NCBI RefSeq assembly: GCF_947581735.1
Contig: NZ_CANPVT010000026.1
Location: 8,841-72,840 of the forward strand
Direction: 5' to 3'
Source of the DNA: Candidatus Palauibacter soopunensis
GTDB taxonomy: Bacteria; Gemmatimonadota; Gemmatimonadetes; Palauibacterales; Palauibacteraceae
DNA: 64,000 nucleotides
This document shows positions 48,746 to 58,081 of this stretch, one piece after another (position 1 is the first letter of the stretch; every line of letters begins with the position of its first letter). A model generated the notes under the pieces. The model had not been told where the DNA came from, did no database searches, and saw only the letters and a program-made list of their open reading frames with translations. The translations under genes were made by a program, and so were the position numbers.

Positions 48746-50377
48746 TCAGGCCGAGGGGAGTTCCTTCTGCATCTCCTCGGCGGACATGAGGGAGAGGGCG
48801 CAGAAGGTGAGCGTCCCGTTCGCGCAGCCGCCGGAGACGAGGGTCGGCGCGCCCACCACGAAGAGGTTCTCGTGGTCGTGGGTGCGGCCCCACCGGTCCA
48901 CCACGCTGGTGTCCGGATCGTCGCCCATCCGGCACCCGCCGCCGGGGTGTTCCCACAACTCGGACGGCTGCCCGATGCTCCTCATGGAGCCTCCGGCCGC
49001 CCGGGCGAGTTGCTCGAAACGTCCCGAGATCGTCTCGACCGTGTGTTCCTGGAGGTCGATGCTCTCCTGCGCGGGGCGGTAGTCGATCCGGGGCATCGGG
49101 TCGCCCAGTTCGTTCGTCTTCCCGGCGTCCAGCGTGAGGCGACTCTCCCGGTCCGGGAGCAGATCGTAGTAGGCGCGGACGCGTGCGCTGGACTCGGACT
49201 CGGTGCGGGCCCTCCAGTCGGCCATAATCTCGTCGCCCCAGAGGAGTTGTCCGTCTTCGCCCTTGAGCCTTGGGGCGCGGCCGACGTTCGACTCCCACAG
49301 GCGCAGGTCGTGGCGTACGTAGCGGTCCAGCGGTCCCGGGCTCGCGAAGCGGCGGGACAGAATGCTGTTGTAGACGAACATGCCGGGATAGAGCCGCATC
49401 GGCAGGTTGATGAAGCCGCTGAGATACCAGTGTCCCGTCATGTACCGTCCCACGTTCCCGGTGCGGTTGGCGAGGCCGTCCGGGAAACGGCTGTTCGCCG
49501 AGAGCAGGAGGAGATGGGAGCTCCAGGCGTGGCCGGCGGCGATCACGAACGTGCCCGCGCGGAACTCGACGGGCTCGTCGGGCGCATCCCGGTCGACGGC
49601 TTCCGCCACCGCGATCCGATCCGAACCCGGCTCGAGGTTCAGACGCCGCACGAGGGTGCGGGTGACGAGGTCGATGCGTCCGGACTCCAGCAGCCGGTCG
49701 AAGGTAAAGTCCGGCGTGTACTTGGCTCCCGTGGGGCAGACGGAGCAGGTGTCGCACCGGCGGCAGACGTTCCGCCCCTGGTAGGGCTCCGTGTTGCGCG
49801 CCCAGGGCTGCGTCCAGAAGGGGATGTCCGTCTTCTCCGTCCACTCCCGCATGCGTTCGAGGCTGTACGAGAGCGGCAGCGGCGGCATGGGGTAGGGCTT
49901 CGAGCGGGGGTCGTATTCGGGAGGGCCCTGCTCGCCCGCGACCCCCATGCGCTCCTCCGCCTCCTGGAAGTACGGCTCGATGTCGTCGAAGGAGATGGGC
50001 CAGTCGGATGCGACCCCGTACAGCGACCGCAGGCGGAAGTCCTCCGGGGAAAAGCGCGGGACCGCGCCGCCCCAGTGCATCGCCGAGCCGCCCACGACCA
50101 TCGAGCTGTACATGGCGCCCGAGCCGGTCTGGCCGCGGATGTGGTCGTTCGGCCAGGGGTTCTCGCCGTAGGCCAGCATCCGGGCCCGGGTGTCGGACCG
50201 TTCCTCGAGGGACGCCGTCCGTCCGCCGGCCTCGACCACGGTGATCGAGGCCCCGGTCCGCTCGGCGAGCCGTTCCGCGACCATGGCGGCCGTGATCCCG
50301 CCGCCGATGATGCAGACGTCGCTCTCCACGACCCGCCTGGCCGTCCGCCCGATCGCGGGGCTGGGTGCGCGGCTCAC
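48746..50377 (-). CDS. GMC-family FAD oxidoreductase (gluconate-2-dehydrogenase flavoprotein-like)
   Basis: DVCIIGGGITAAM FAD ADP-binding motif and C-terminal GMC signature. GTG 50377 overlaps the stop of the small-subunit gene (GTGA). Confidence 0.8.
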   Translation of the reverse strand: MSRAPSPAIGRTARRVVESDVCIIGGGITAAMVAERLAERTGASITVVEAGGRTASLEERSDTRARMLAYGENPWPNDHIRGQTGSGAMYSSMVVGGSAMHWGGAVPRFSPEDFRLRSLYGVASDWPISFDDIEPYFQEAEERMGVAGEQGPPEYDPRSKPYPMPPLPLSYSLERMREWTEKTDIPFWTQPWARNTEPYQGRNVCRRCDTCSVCPTGAKYTPDFTFDRLLESGRIDLVTRTLVRRLNLEPGSDRIAVAEAVDRDAPDEPVEFRAGTFVIAAGHAWSSHLLLLSANSRFPDGLANRTGNVGRYMTGHWYLSGFINLPMRLYPGMFVYNSILSRRFASPGPLDRYVRHDLRLWESNVGRAPRLKGEDGQLLWGDEIMADWRARTESESSARVRAYYDLLPDRESRLTLDAGKTNELGDPMPRIDYRPAQESIDLQEHTVETISGRFEQLARAAGGSMRSIGQPSELWEHPGGGCRMGDDPDTSVVDRWGRTHDHENLFVVGAPTLVSGGCANGTLTFCALSLMSAEEMQKELPSA

Positions 50378-50997
50378 GGCGCGGCTCCCAGAGGCGCGGG
50401 TTCGTCTTCGGCCCCTTCGATGGAGCGACAAAGCTCCTTCCGTATGGCCCGCCCGTAGCAGAGGTCGGTCGCGATCGCCGAGCCGAAGAAGTGGGCCATC
50501 AGGGCCAGCGCCACGTGATCCGCGTGCTGCGGCGCCCCGAGGCCGGGCCCGGTGTCCGCGAGCGGACGCGCAAGGAGTTCCCGGCGACCGGGCACTTCAA
50601 GGTCGGAGAGGGACACTCCGTGGCGGCTCTCGCACTCCTTCTCGAGACCCTCGAGTTGCGCGACCCATCCCGGCCTCGGATCCGGCCCCGAGTATCGGAT
50701 CTCGGGCACGAGATACGGATGACTCAGTTCGGCGACGGGCTCCAGCGCGTCGGACCAGCGCTCGAAGGCACGCACAGCTCGTTCGCGGCCATCGTCGCCG
50801 AGTTCGTCCGGGAGGACGGCTTCGGCGACGGCGCGCAGCGTCGCGGCACGGAGGGGGACCGGGGTGGTGCCATCGGTGCGAGAGAGAGCGTCTCCGTCGG
50901 TCTCGGCAGCTCGCTCGCCGGGAGCGCAACCGGTCAGGGAAACGGCGGCCACCGTCGCGGCAGACTGCTTGAGGAACGTCCTGCGGGATTCCGCCAT
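50374..50997 (-). CDS. Gluconate 2-dehydrogenase subunit-3-family protein (TAT signal)
   Basis: Twin-arginine signal MAESRRTFLKQSAATVAAVSLTGCA. Small subunit of about 200 aa directly upstream of, and overlapping, the GMC gene. Confidence 0.65.
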   Translation of the reverse strand: MAESRRTFLKQSAATVAAVSLTGCAPGERAAETDGDALSRTDGTTPVPLRAATLRAVAEAVLPDELGDDGRERAVRAFERWSDALEPVAELSHPYLVPEIRYSGPDPRPGWVAQLEGLEKECESRHGVSLSDLEVPGRRELLARPLADTGPGLGAPQHADHVALALMAHFFGSAIATDLCYGRAIRKELCRSIEGAEDEPAPLGAAP

Positions 50998-51428
50998 GCC
51001 GCAGCTCCTTCTGGAAGTTGCACAAGTCCCTAACGAGAAAGCGTAGGTGTCGGTTCTCCGTTGTCGCAACTCCCCCACAAGCCGTATTGGCGCGACCCCC
51101 TAGTCCCACGAGCCCTTCTCTCTTCCTCTGATGGTTCCGTCGCTGTGATGAACGCCGTCGGCGGCGTGTTCCGATGACGTCGTTGGGGTCGTGCGGGCTT
51201 GCGCTCCTTGGCTCACTCGAACGTTCCGGCGGTTGCGGAAGAACCGTATCCGACGCCGTCACGATACCGTTGAGGCTACAGGACCACATGACCCCTGCTG
51301 TCTCGACCCGTGCCACCCTTGTCGAGTGCCGACACGCTCCAGCACGTTGGCGCACCTGTTGCGTGGAGGAAGGCGCTTCGCCCATCATTCCCGCCCGCAA
51401 AACCACCGCCCGCAGGGAGAAGGGTTCA

Positions 51429-53972
51429 ATGGTGCCAGACCTTGATCAACTGGAGTTAGATATTCATCGTTTCCTCGCCTCCTATGATCGCACATCTCAT
51501 CAACGAGAGGTCGCAAAGGCGGAGGAGCACCGGAAGCGATTGCTCGAGCGGTTTCCGCTAGAGAGATGGCCGCACCTAACGCTTGAAGAATACGCTCTCG
51601 GGCTGAGTACTGATCAGCACACTTGGTGTCATGAGCTAGAATATACGAGTACTGAACTAGGTAGCATACGCGGCGGGTCTGCCGAAAAGATGGTCATTTA
51701 TAAACGAAAAAGCAAGTCCGGGTGGTACTACCCTCAGCGGTTCTCGAATGAGCAAGATGCGTGGGGAGCTCTACGGACTGAATTCCTGGATTCTTTTTCG
51801 AAAGCGGAACGCGGTGCATGGGACGATATTGAACTCAATCTTGGTCAAGCGGTCCGCCTGAAGACTCTTCACATCTATTATCCACACGACGTGCTGCCGG
51901 TATATTCGAAGGACCATCTGGGTCATTTCCTCGAGGCTCTTGGGGTACCACACGCGGTGTTCGCACGGTCCGACCTGCTGGCCGTTAATCGTCAACTCAT
52001 GTCGCAGCTCCAGGCATTCCCGGTCTTGTCCGATTGGACCACGAAAGAATTGGAAGCGATGCTCTACAATTGGACCGATCCGCGACGACGTGTAGTTAAG
52101 ATTGCACCAGGTAGAGACGCAGAGTTCTGGGACGAATGTCTTGACGGCGGCTACATCTGTGTGGGCTGGGATGATGTCGGCGACCTGCGAGAGTTCGAAT
52201 CCAAGACTGCGTTTCGAGCGGCGTTCGCCGAGGCATACGGAAGGACCTACGATGCGTCTAAACTTACAACAAAAGGCAACGAACTCTGGCGGTTTCGAGA
52301 GCTGCAGGCGGGCGATGTCGTTGTCGCCAACAAGGGCACAGCCAAGGTGTTGGCCGTTGGACAGGTGAAGGGACCAGGATATCAATGGCGGGGGGATCGC
52401 GAGACCTATAGGCATACGCTACCCGTCGCGTGGGACACATCACGGGCGCAAGACATTACGCCGCAGGGGCGTTGGGCGTTTTCGACCGTGGCGACGGTCG
52501 GGCGCAGCCTGCGCCAGCAGCTTCTTACGAGGGGCTCCGTCCCGAATCCCGTAGATCCGCTGTTCTTGGAGATGGACGATGCCCTTATGCGGAAGGGGCA
52601 AGCTGTCTTGTACGGGCCCCCGGGAACAGGCAAGACCTATACTGCACGTAGATTCTCGGTTTGGTGGGTATTGCGGAATGCCGGCCGAGAGAAAGAGGCG
52701 TCGAGCTTGCTAGCAGACCCTGATCGCTTCGCCCAATTGGAGCGCGAAGTATCAGCCGCCCAGGTGGCGCGAAAAACTTGGTGGATGGTAGCTAATCCAC
52801 GTGAATGGTCTTGGGATCAGTTGTTTAAAGACGGTAGCGTCGAGTATCGATACGGCAAGATTCAGAAGAACTATACGTTGGCTCAACCCGGAGACCTGGT
52901 CGTAGGGTATCAGGCGACGCCAGTCAAACGTCTGGTTGCAGTGGCGCGAATCAGCCGGGGTCTGGACACCTCAGGTGAGTCTCCAACACTGCAAGTGGAA
53001 CCCGTCGCGCGCGTGTCGAACGGCCTCAGCTACGACGAGTTGCAACGAGACACACTGCTAGTCAACTCTGAACCGATGCGGCACCGCAATCAAGGGACGC
53101 TATTTCAGCTCACCGCCCGGGAGTCGGAGCACTTGTTGTCGTTACTGGAGGAGAGGAATCCGGAACTGCAAGGCAAGCTCGAATCGTGGGAAGGAATTGC
53201 CCAAATCACTAGGCTGACGTTCCATCCCTCGTACAGCTATGAGGATTTTGTGGAGGGGTTCCGGCCGGTGGACTCGGGACAAGGCGGACTGTCGTTGCGG
53301 TTGGAGGACGGTGTCTTCAAGCGGGTGTGTCTCGAGGCGAAAACTCACGCGGACAAGGTCTATCTTGTCATCATTGACGAGATTAATCGAGCCAACATTG
53401 CGAAGGTGTTTGGGGAGTTGATCACGGTTCTGGAGAAGGACAAGCGTGACCTCGCCGTGACGCTACCACAAAGCCGCGAGAGCTTTTCGATACCGTCGAA
53501 CCTCTTCCTGCTGGGTACTATGAACACAGCGGACCGGAGCATCAAGCTGTTAGACTCAGCTCTTCGGCGACGTTTCGCCTTCATCGAATTGATGCCGGAC
53601 TTAGAGCTCTTCCGTGGCGCGAGGGTGGGGGATCTGCCGCTCGATGTGTTCCTTGAAGAACTCAACCGACGCATAGCGGCCAGCGAGGGACGCGAGAAGC
53701 AAGTCGGCCATTCGTTCCTTCTTGACGGTAGCCGGCCCTTAAGAGACCGAGAAGAGTTTGCCCGTCGTTTTCGACAGGAGATCTTGCCTCTTCTCCAAGA
53801 GTACTGTTACACGGACTACGCCACACTCGCGATGTATATCGGCAGCGACCTCGTAAACGAAGAGAATCAGTCAATTGCAACCCGTGAGGTCCGCGATGCT
53901 GATCGCCTGCTAAGGGCGCTGATCAAGGAGTTTATATCAAAAGCCGCTGATTACGCGCTGGACGGCGAGTGA
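51429..53972 (+). CDS. mcrB: McrB-family AAA+ GTPase with N-terminal DUF3578(MrcB_N)-like module, a second PUA-like module, and an EVE/PUA-like domain inserted inside the GTPase core
   Basis: ATG 51429 preceded by GGGAGAAGGG. Walker A VLYGPPGTGKTYTARRF. McrB-specific FHPSYSYEDFVEGFRP, LVIIDEINRANIAKVFGELITVLE and LFLLGTMNTADRSIKLLDSALRRRFAF. About 165 extra residues lie between the Walker A helix and the FHPSYSYEDF strand, containing WWMVANPREWSWDQLF...GDLVVGYQA...LVAVARIS (EVE-like). Confidence 0.85.
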   Translation: MVPDLDQLELDIHRFLASYDRTSHQREVAKAEEHRKRLLERFPLERWPHLTLEEYALGLSTDQHTWCHELEYTSTELGSIRGGSAEKMVIYKRKSKSGWYYPQRFSNEQDAWGALRTEFLDSFSKAERGAWDDIELNLGQAVRLKTLHIYYPHDVLPVYSKDHLGHFLEALGVPHAVFARSDLLAVNRQLMSQLQAFPVLSDWTTKELEAMLYNWTDPRRRVVKIAPGRDAEFWDECLDGGYICVGWDDVGDLREFESKTAFRAAFAEAYGRTYDASKLTTKGNELWRFRELQAGDVVVANKGTAKVLAVGQVKGPGYQWRGDRETYRHTLPVAWDTSRAQDITPQGRWAFSTVATVGRSLRQQLLTRGSVPNPVDPLFLEMDDALMRKGQAVLYGPPGTGKTYTARRFSVWWVLRNAGREKEASSLLADPDRFAQLEREVSAAQVARKTWWMVANPREWSWDQLFKDGSVEYRYGKIQKNYTLAQPGDLVVGYQATPVKRLVAVARISRGLDTSGESPTLQVEPVARVSNGLSYDELQRDTLLVNSEPMRHRNQGTLFQLTARESEHLLSLLEERNPELQGKLESWEGIAQITRLTFHPSYSYEDFVEGFRPVDSGQGGLSLRLEDGVFKRVCLEAKTHADKVYLVIIDEINRANIAKVFGELITVLEKDKRDLAVTLPQSRESFSIPSNLFLLGTMNTADRSIKLLDSALRRRFAFIELMPDLELFRGARVGDLPLDVFLEELNRRIAASEGREKQVGHSFLLDGSRPLRDREEFARRFRQEILPLLQEYCYTDYATLAMYIGSDLVNEENQSIATREVRDADRLLRALIKEFISKAADYALDGE

Positions 53973-55279
53973 TGCTGCCCACTCGGCTCCTTGAGCTGAC
54001 AGAGTGGGACGAGCAGAGTTTCGAAGGAATCTCACTGCTACCTCGAGACCGACGGCTCGCGGAACAGCTCCGAGAGGGACCCGGGCCTCGGTTGATCATC
54101 GATGAACTTAGGACTGGGATTCGAGTGCGATCGAGGGCGTGGGTCGGCGTGGCGAGATTCGACGGGTTGGAGATACGCGTGCACCCGAAGCTTGCTGGAG
54201 ACTACCTAGATCTTGCGACGATGATCGAGGTTGCCACCGGGCTCGCGGCGCTAAAGCGAAGTGTCGGCGTTCAGGGGTTTGCCTCTCGAGGGAGTAGCCT
54301 CTTCGATTTGGTCGCATTGCTTCACGTCATGTCGTGCGAAGCCATCGCACGCGGCGGATTCATGGCGGACTACATCCCCAAGGAGGAGGAGCTTGGTGTA
54401 GTTCGAGGCCGACTGTTGGTAGATCGCCAGGTGTTCGAGCGTTTCGGCCATGTAGACCGTCTCATCTGTGCGTTTGACGATCACCATACTGATATCCCTG
54501 ATAACCAGATATTGGCCTTCGCACTTCGGTGTTCAGCTCGACGTGTCACCGATCCGAGAGTGCGGCAACGAGTGCGTCGTATGCTTGGTGTTATGGTTGG
54601 AGTTTGTGATTCGGCCAAGCTCGCCGTCGGGCGGATACTGGAACCGATTTTATACAACAGGCGGAATGAGCACTACCGCGAATCTCACGCGCTGTCGCGG
54701 TTGATAGTGGAGGGCCTCGGCGTAAGCGATGTTCTAGAGGCGGATGCGCATGAGTCTTTTGCATTCATGCTCGATATGAACGTGCTCTTCGAACGTTTCG
54801 TTGACAAGTTGATTTCTTGGGCCTTTCGCTCAACGCCGGTGCGAGTCTCTTCACAGCACCGTGATCGGTCAATTGTCTGGGATGAGGCCTCGCAAGAACC
54901 TTACTCGACCGTAGCGCCGGACCTCATCGTGGAAACAACGGCAGACTCGTCCAAGCGGCTACCGATTGACGCGAAATACAAACTGTACGACGATAAGCAA
55001 GTCTCATCATCGGATTTGTACCAAGCTTTCCTGTATGCTGTTGGCTTTGCCAACAACAAAGAGGCGATACCGGCAGCGCTGTTGGTTTACCCATCTTCCT
55101 CCGGCGATCGAGGACATCATCAGCTCTCGGTGCGGAATCAATCGGGCCTAGAAGCTGCAAGGGTTCGGGCACTGGCCGTGGACATCCCTGCCGCTCTCAA
55201 TGAACTGAGATCTCAGAAGCCGGGGCGGATCGTTGATTCCTTGAGGCGGGAGGCCATGGCTCTCATGTGCGTTCGCTAG
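53972..55279 (+). CDS. mcrC: McrC-family endonuclease subunit (PD-(D/E)XK)
   Basis: Start overlaps the mcrB stop (TGATG). The C-terminal PDLIVETT...IDAKYKLY D..(D/E)xK motif sits directly downstream of mcrB. Confidence 0.8.
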   Translation: MLPTRLLELTEWDEQSFEGISLLPRDRRLAEQLREGPGPRLIIDELRTGIRVRSRAWVGVARFDGLEIRVHPKLAGDYLDLATMIEVATGLAALKRSVGVQGFASRGSSLFDLVALLHVMSCEAIARGGFMADYIPKEEELGVVRGRLLVDRQVFERFGHVDRLICAFDDHHTDIPDNQILAFALRCSARRVTDPRVRQRVRRMLGVMVGVCDSAKLAVGRILEPILYNRRNEHYRESHALSRLIVEGLGVSDVLEADAHESFAFMLDMNVLFERFVDKLISWAFRSTPVRVSSQHRDRSIVWDEASQEPYSTVAPDLIVETTADSSKRLPIDAKYKLYDDKQVSSSDLYQAFLYAVGFANNKEAIPAALLVYPSSSGDRGHHQLSVRNQSGLEAARVRALAVDIPAALNELRSQKPGRIVDSLRREAMALMCVR

Positions 55280-55546
55280 AATCGCCTCTCCGCAGCTCAT
55301 GGGCGGGAGCGCTGGTCCACCAGTGAAATGGCAGACAGACTAGCGGGACATCTCCATGGCCAGACGGGAGGTTGAACAACCTTGGCAGACGACTCGATGC
55401 TCTTGTTGGCTTTGATCCAAGAGTGTGGCACACGGGGCGATGCAGCGGCTGCGGTAGCGCAGCATCGTCGTCGTGGAACTGGCGAGCGGAGCGCGGGCGC
55501 CCCATCCTTCACCCCCCGGGACACCGCCGTGTCTCGGTTCTATTAA

Positions 55547-55619
55547 GGGGCCGTAGCTCAGTTGGGAGAGCGCCTGCTTTGCAAGCAGGAGGTCGTCGGT
55601 TCGAATCCGATCGGCTCCA
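55547..55619 (+). tRNA. tRNA-Ala (anticodon TGC)
   Basis: GGGGCCGTAGCTCAGTTGGGAGAGCGCCTGCTTTGCAAGCAGGAGGTCGTCGGTTCGAATCCGATCGGCTCCA. Acceptor stem has the G3:U70 Ala identity pair. Anticodon loop CTTTGCAAG. CCA is not encoded. Confidence 0.9.
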
Positions 55620-55649
55620 TCCCCCTCCGCCGAACCGACAGGTATCGGC

Positions 55650-56828
55650 TCAGCGGGCCTCGATGAAGAGGTCGGCGATCTCGTAGATCACGTCTCCGAA
55701 GACCAACGCGCCGCCCTGCGGGTAGCCGATATCCGCGATGTTGGCGGCGACCGCGATGGCCACCCCGTCGTCCGGGTAAATGATGAGCAGCGCGTTGCCG
55801 CCGATGGCGCCGCCCGCGTGTCCGACCGCGCGGCGACCGCCCGCCCGCGTGGGCGGCATGAGGCGCCAGCCGATTCCCACCCCGACCTCCTCGCCGGAGG
55901 CCGTGCGCTGGGCTGTCCACACCAGGTCCAGCGTCTCCCGGCTGAACAGGCCCGGCTCGAGGTGGGCGTGGGCGAAGCGCAGCAGGTCTTCCGTCGTGGA
56001 GAGGAAGCCGCCCCCGGCCCACTTGTGGGAGTTGTCGATGTAGCGGGCGTTGATGAGGCGGCCGTCCGGCGTCCGGTCGTAGGGGCGCGTGCGGTTCACG
56101 ACTAGGCTGTCGGTGTGGTCTCCGCCCGTATGGAGCATCCCGAGCGGCCGGAACACCTCCTCGTCCACGTACTGCAGGAACCCGCGTCCCGAAGCCGCCG
56201 CGATCACCGCGCTCATGAGGTTGAAGCCGTAGCTCGAATAGGACCATTGGGTCCCGGGCGTCGCGACGAGCGGGTCGTCCTGGAAGAGGTCGAGCGCCTC
56301 GAACACGGTCTCGTAGCGCCGCGTGAGGAAGTACTCCGCCTCGATGTCCACGTAGTGCCGGATCCCCGCCAAATGTCCGGCGAGAAGCCGGGTCGTGATC
56401 TCTCCCTCGGGCTTGCGGGGGAAGGAAGGGACGTAGGTCTGCACGGGCGCGTCCAGGTCGAGTTCGCCCCGCTGGTGAAGGAGCGCGGCACCGGCCGCGG
56501 TCAGGATCTTGGAGACGCTCCCGATCCGATAACGGGTCTGCGGCGTCGCGGGGCTCCGAAGCTCGAGGTCCGCGTACCCCATCCCCTCCGACCACACGAC
56601 CCGCCGATCCACGGAAACGGAGACGGAGAGCCCGGGGATGGACATCGCCCGCCGCAGCGAGTCGAGCTTCCCGCGAGAGGTCGCGATGACCTCGGCCCAC
56701 CGGCCCTGGTCCGTCCGCGCGAGGGCCAACTCCTGCGCCGCGACCTTGACCACGGCCCCGCTGGCCAGCACAGCGACCGCGCCCAGCGCCCATCCCCCGT
56801 TGAGCCCGCTCAACCCACTTCGACGCAT
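55650..56828 (-). CDS. Serine hydrolase, beta-lactamase (class C-related) family
   Basis: Signal peptide. SxxK motif IGSVSKILTAAG and YxN-like YSSYGFNL. Confidence 0.75.
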   Translation of the reverse strand: MRRSGLSGLNGGWALGAVAVLASGAVVKVAAQELALARTDQGRWAEVIATSRGKLDSLRRAMSIPGLSVSVSVDRRVVWSEGMGYADLELRSPATPQTRYRIGSVSKILTAAGAALLHQRGELDLDAPVQTYVPSFPRKPEGEITTRLLAGHLAGIRHYVDIEAEYFLTRRYETVFEALDLFQDDPLVATPGTQWSYSSYGFNLMSAVIAAASGRGFLQYVDEEVFRPLGMLHTGGDHTDSLVVNRTRPYDRTPDGRLINARYIDNSHKWAGGGFLSTTEDLLRFAHAHLEPGLFSRETLDLVWTAQRTASGEEVGVGIGWRLMPPTRAGGRRAVGHAGGAIGGNALLIIYPDDGVAIAVAANIADIGYPQGGALVFGDVIYEIADLFIEAR

Positions 56829-56832
56829 CCCG

Positions 56833-57279
56833 CTATCCGGCCGCCTCGGCGTAGGCTTTCACGGCATCGAGGTCTGCTGCGATCGCCTTGGCGATCACTC
56901 GCTTCATGAGCGGCGTGGTGAGTCTGGCGACCAGCTTGTGGGGCCGCGCCTCCATCACCATGAGTAGCCGCGTCCCGCGGCCATCCGGGCCCGGCTCGAC
57001 GGTGAAGATCGTGTCCCAGACCGTGCCGCCCGCGTCGGACACGAAGCGAACACGCTCGTCCTGCACGTATTCGGTCACCTCCAGCTCCGTGGTCGCTCTC
57101 CTGCTCCCCATGAGGCGCGTTTCCCGGAAGCGGGCGCCCACGCCCGTCCTCGTCTCCGACAGGAACTCCACGTGCTCGATGTGCGGCACGGCTTTGGAAA
57201 AGTTGGAGATGTCGGCGACGGTCGAAAAAACCACGCCGACCGGAGCTTCGATGCTGCGGCTGAGTTCGGTGCGCGTCAT
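56833..57279 (-). CDS. SRPBCC (polyketide cyclase/START-like) family protein
   Basis: 148 aa with the typical SRPBCC beta-grip pattern (IEAPVGVVFSTVAD...). Confidence 0.6.
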   Translation of the reverse strand: MTRTELSRSIEAPVGVVFSTVADISNFSKAVPHIEHVEFLSETRTGVGARFRETRLMGSRRATTELEVTEYVQDERVRFVSDAGGTVWDTIFTVEPGPDGRGTRLLMVMEARPHKLVARLTTPLMKRVIAKAIAADLDAVKAYAEAAG

Positions 57280-57370
57280 GGCATCCCTCTGCTTGCTTGC
57301 TTCGGGCCGGCGTCATAGGTATCGGCCCCGCTCATCATACCGGTCTCCCCAGCAGCCGAGCCACCGTGCC

Positions 57371-58054
57371 ATGACCGCCTACTTCACGCCCGACACCTTC
57401 AGCTTCCTGAGCGAGTTGGCCGCCAATAACCACCGCGAGTGGTTCCTCGCCAACAAGCCACGATACGAGGCGGACGTCAAAGAGCCGGCGCTCCGTTTCA
57501 TCACCGATTTCTCGATGCCGCTCGAGGAGATCAGCCCCCACTTTCGCGCCGACCCAAGGGCGAACGGCGGCTCGCTGTTCCGGATCTACCGCGACACCCG
57601 CTTCTCTAGGGACAAGAGCCCGTACAAGACCCACACCGGCATCCAGTTCCGGCACGAGGCGGGCAAGGACGCCCATGCTCCCGGCTTCTACCTGCACATC
57701 CAGCCGGGGCATTGCTTCGTGGGATGCGGCTCCTGGCGCCCCGGCGGGCCGGCCCTCCGGAAAATCCGCGAGTCGATCGACGAGGATCCGGAGGCCTGGA
57801 AGCGGGCGTCGCGCGACGCCGATTTTCGTGGGACCTTCGAGCTCTCGGGCGATTCGCTCGTCCGGGCCCCGCAGGGCTACAGCGTGGATCATCCGCTGAT
57901 CGAGGACCTGCGGCGCAAGGACTTCATCGCCCTGGTGCAACTGGGCGAAGACGACCTGATGTCGGACGACTTCCTGGACAGGTTCACCGCCCTGTGCCGC
58001 ACCGCCGCGCCGTTCCAGCGCTGGCTGTGCCAGGCGACCGGCGTCTCGTACTAG
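57371..58054 (+). CDS. DUF2461 (TIGR02453) family protein
   Basis: FLSELAANNHREWFLANKPRYE and FRIYRDTRFSRDKSPYK are the conserved DUF2461 N-terminal and core motifs. The ORF-track extension back to 56888 is antisense to the SRPBCC gene, so I rejected it. Confidence 0.7.
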   Translation: MTAYFTPDTFSFLSELAANNHREWFLANKPRYEADVKEPALRFITDFSMPLEEISPHFRADPRANGGSLFRIYRDTRFSRDKSPYKTHTGIQFRHEAGKDAHAPGFYLHIQPGHCFVGCGSWRPGGPALRKIRESIDEDPEAWKRASRDADFRGTFELSGDSLVRAPQGYSVDHPLIEDLRRKDFIALVQLGEDDLMSDDFLDRFTALCRTAAPFQRWLCQATGVSY

Positions 58055-58081
58055 GGGGATAGCCCGGCGAGCCGGCGCGAA

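Larger units (their letters stand above)
51100..55546. other. Low-GC genomic island (about 50% GC versus about 70% for the flanks) carrying a McrBC system, immediately upstream of tRNA-Ala
   Basis: Abrupt composition change visible by eye from about 51.4 kb (AT-rich codons such as attcatcgtttc, tataaacgaaaaagc) back to high GC after 55.3 kb. No integrase or direct repeat of the tRNA 3' end found. Confidence 0.6.

Noticed and set aside
51100-55546. Integrase, transposase or att repeats in the low-GC island
   Set aside because: I looked for tyrosine-recombinase or transposase-like ORFs and for a repeat of the tRNA-Ala 3' end at the left junction and found none. The island is not called as a mobile element, only as a compositionally distinct segment.
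55372-55686. 104-aa plus-strand ORF
   Set aside because: It runs across the tRNA-Ala gene. The tRNA, with the G3:U70 pair and TGC anticodon, is clearly the real feature.
56888-58054. Long N-terminal extension of the DUF2461 gene
   Set aside because: The extension is antisense to the SRPBCC gene and low-complexity. The conserved family N-terminus begins at ATG 57371.
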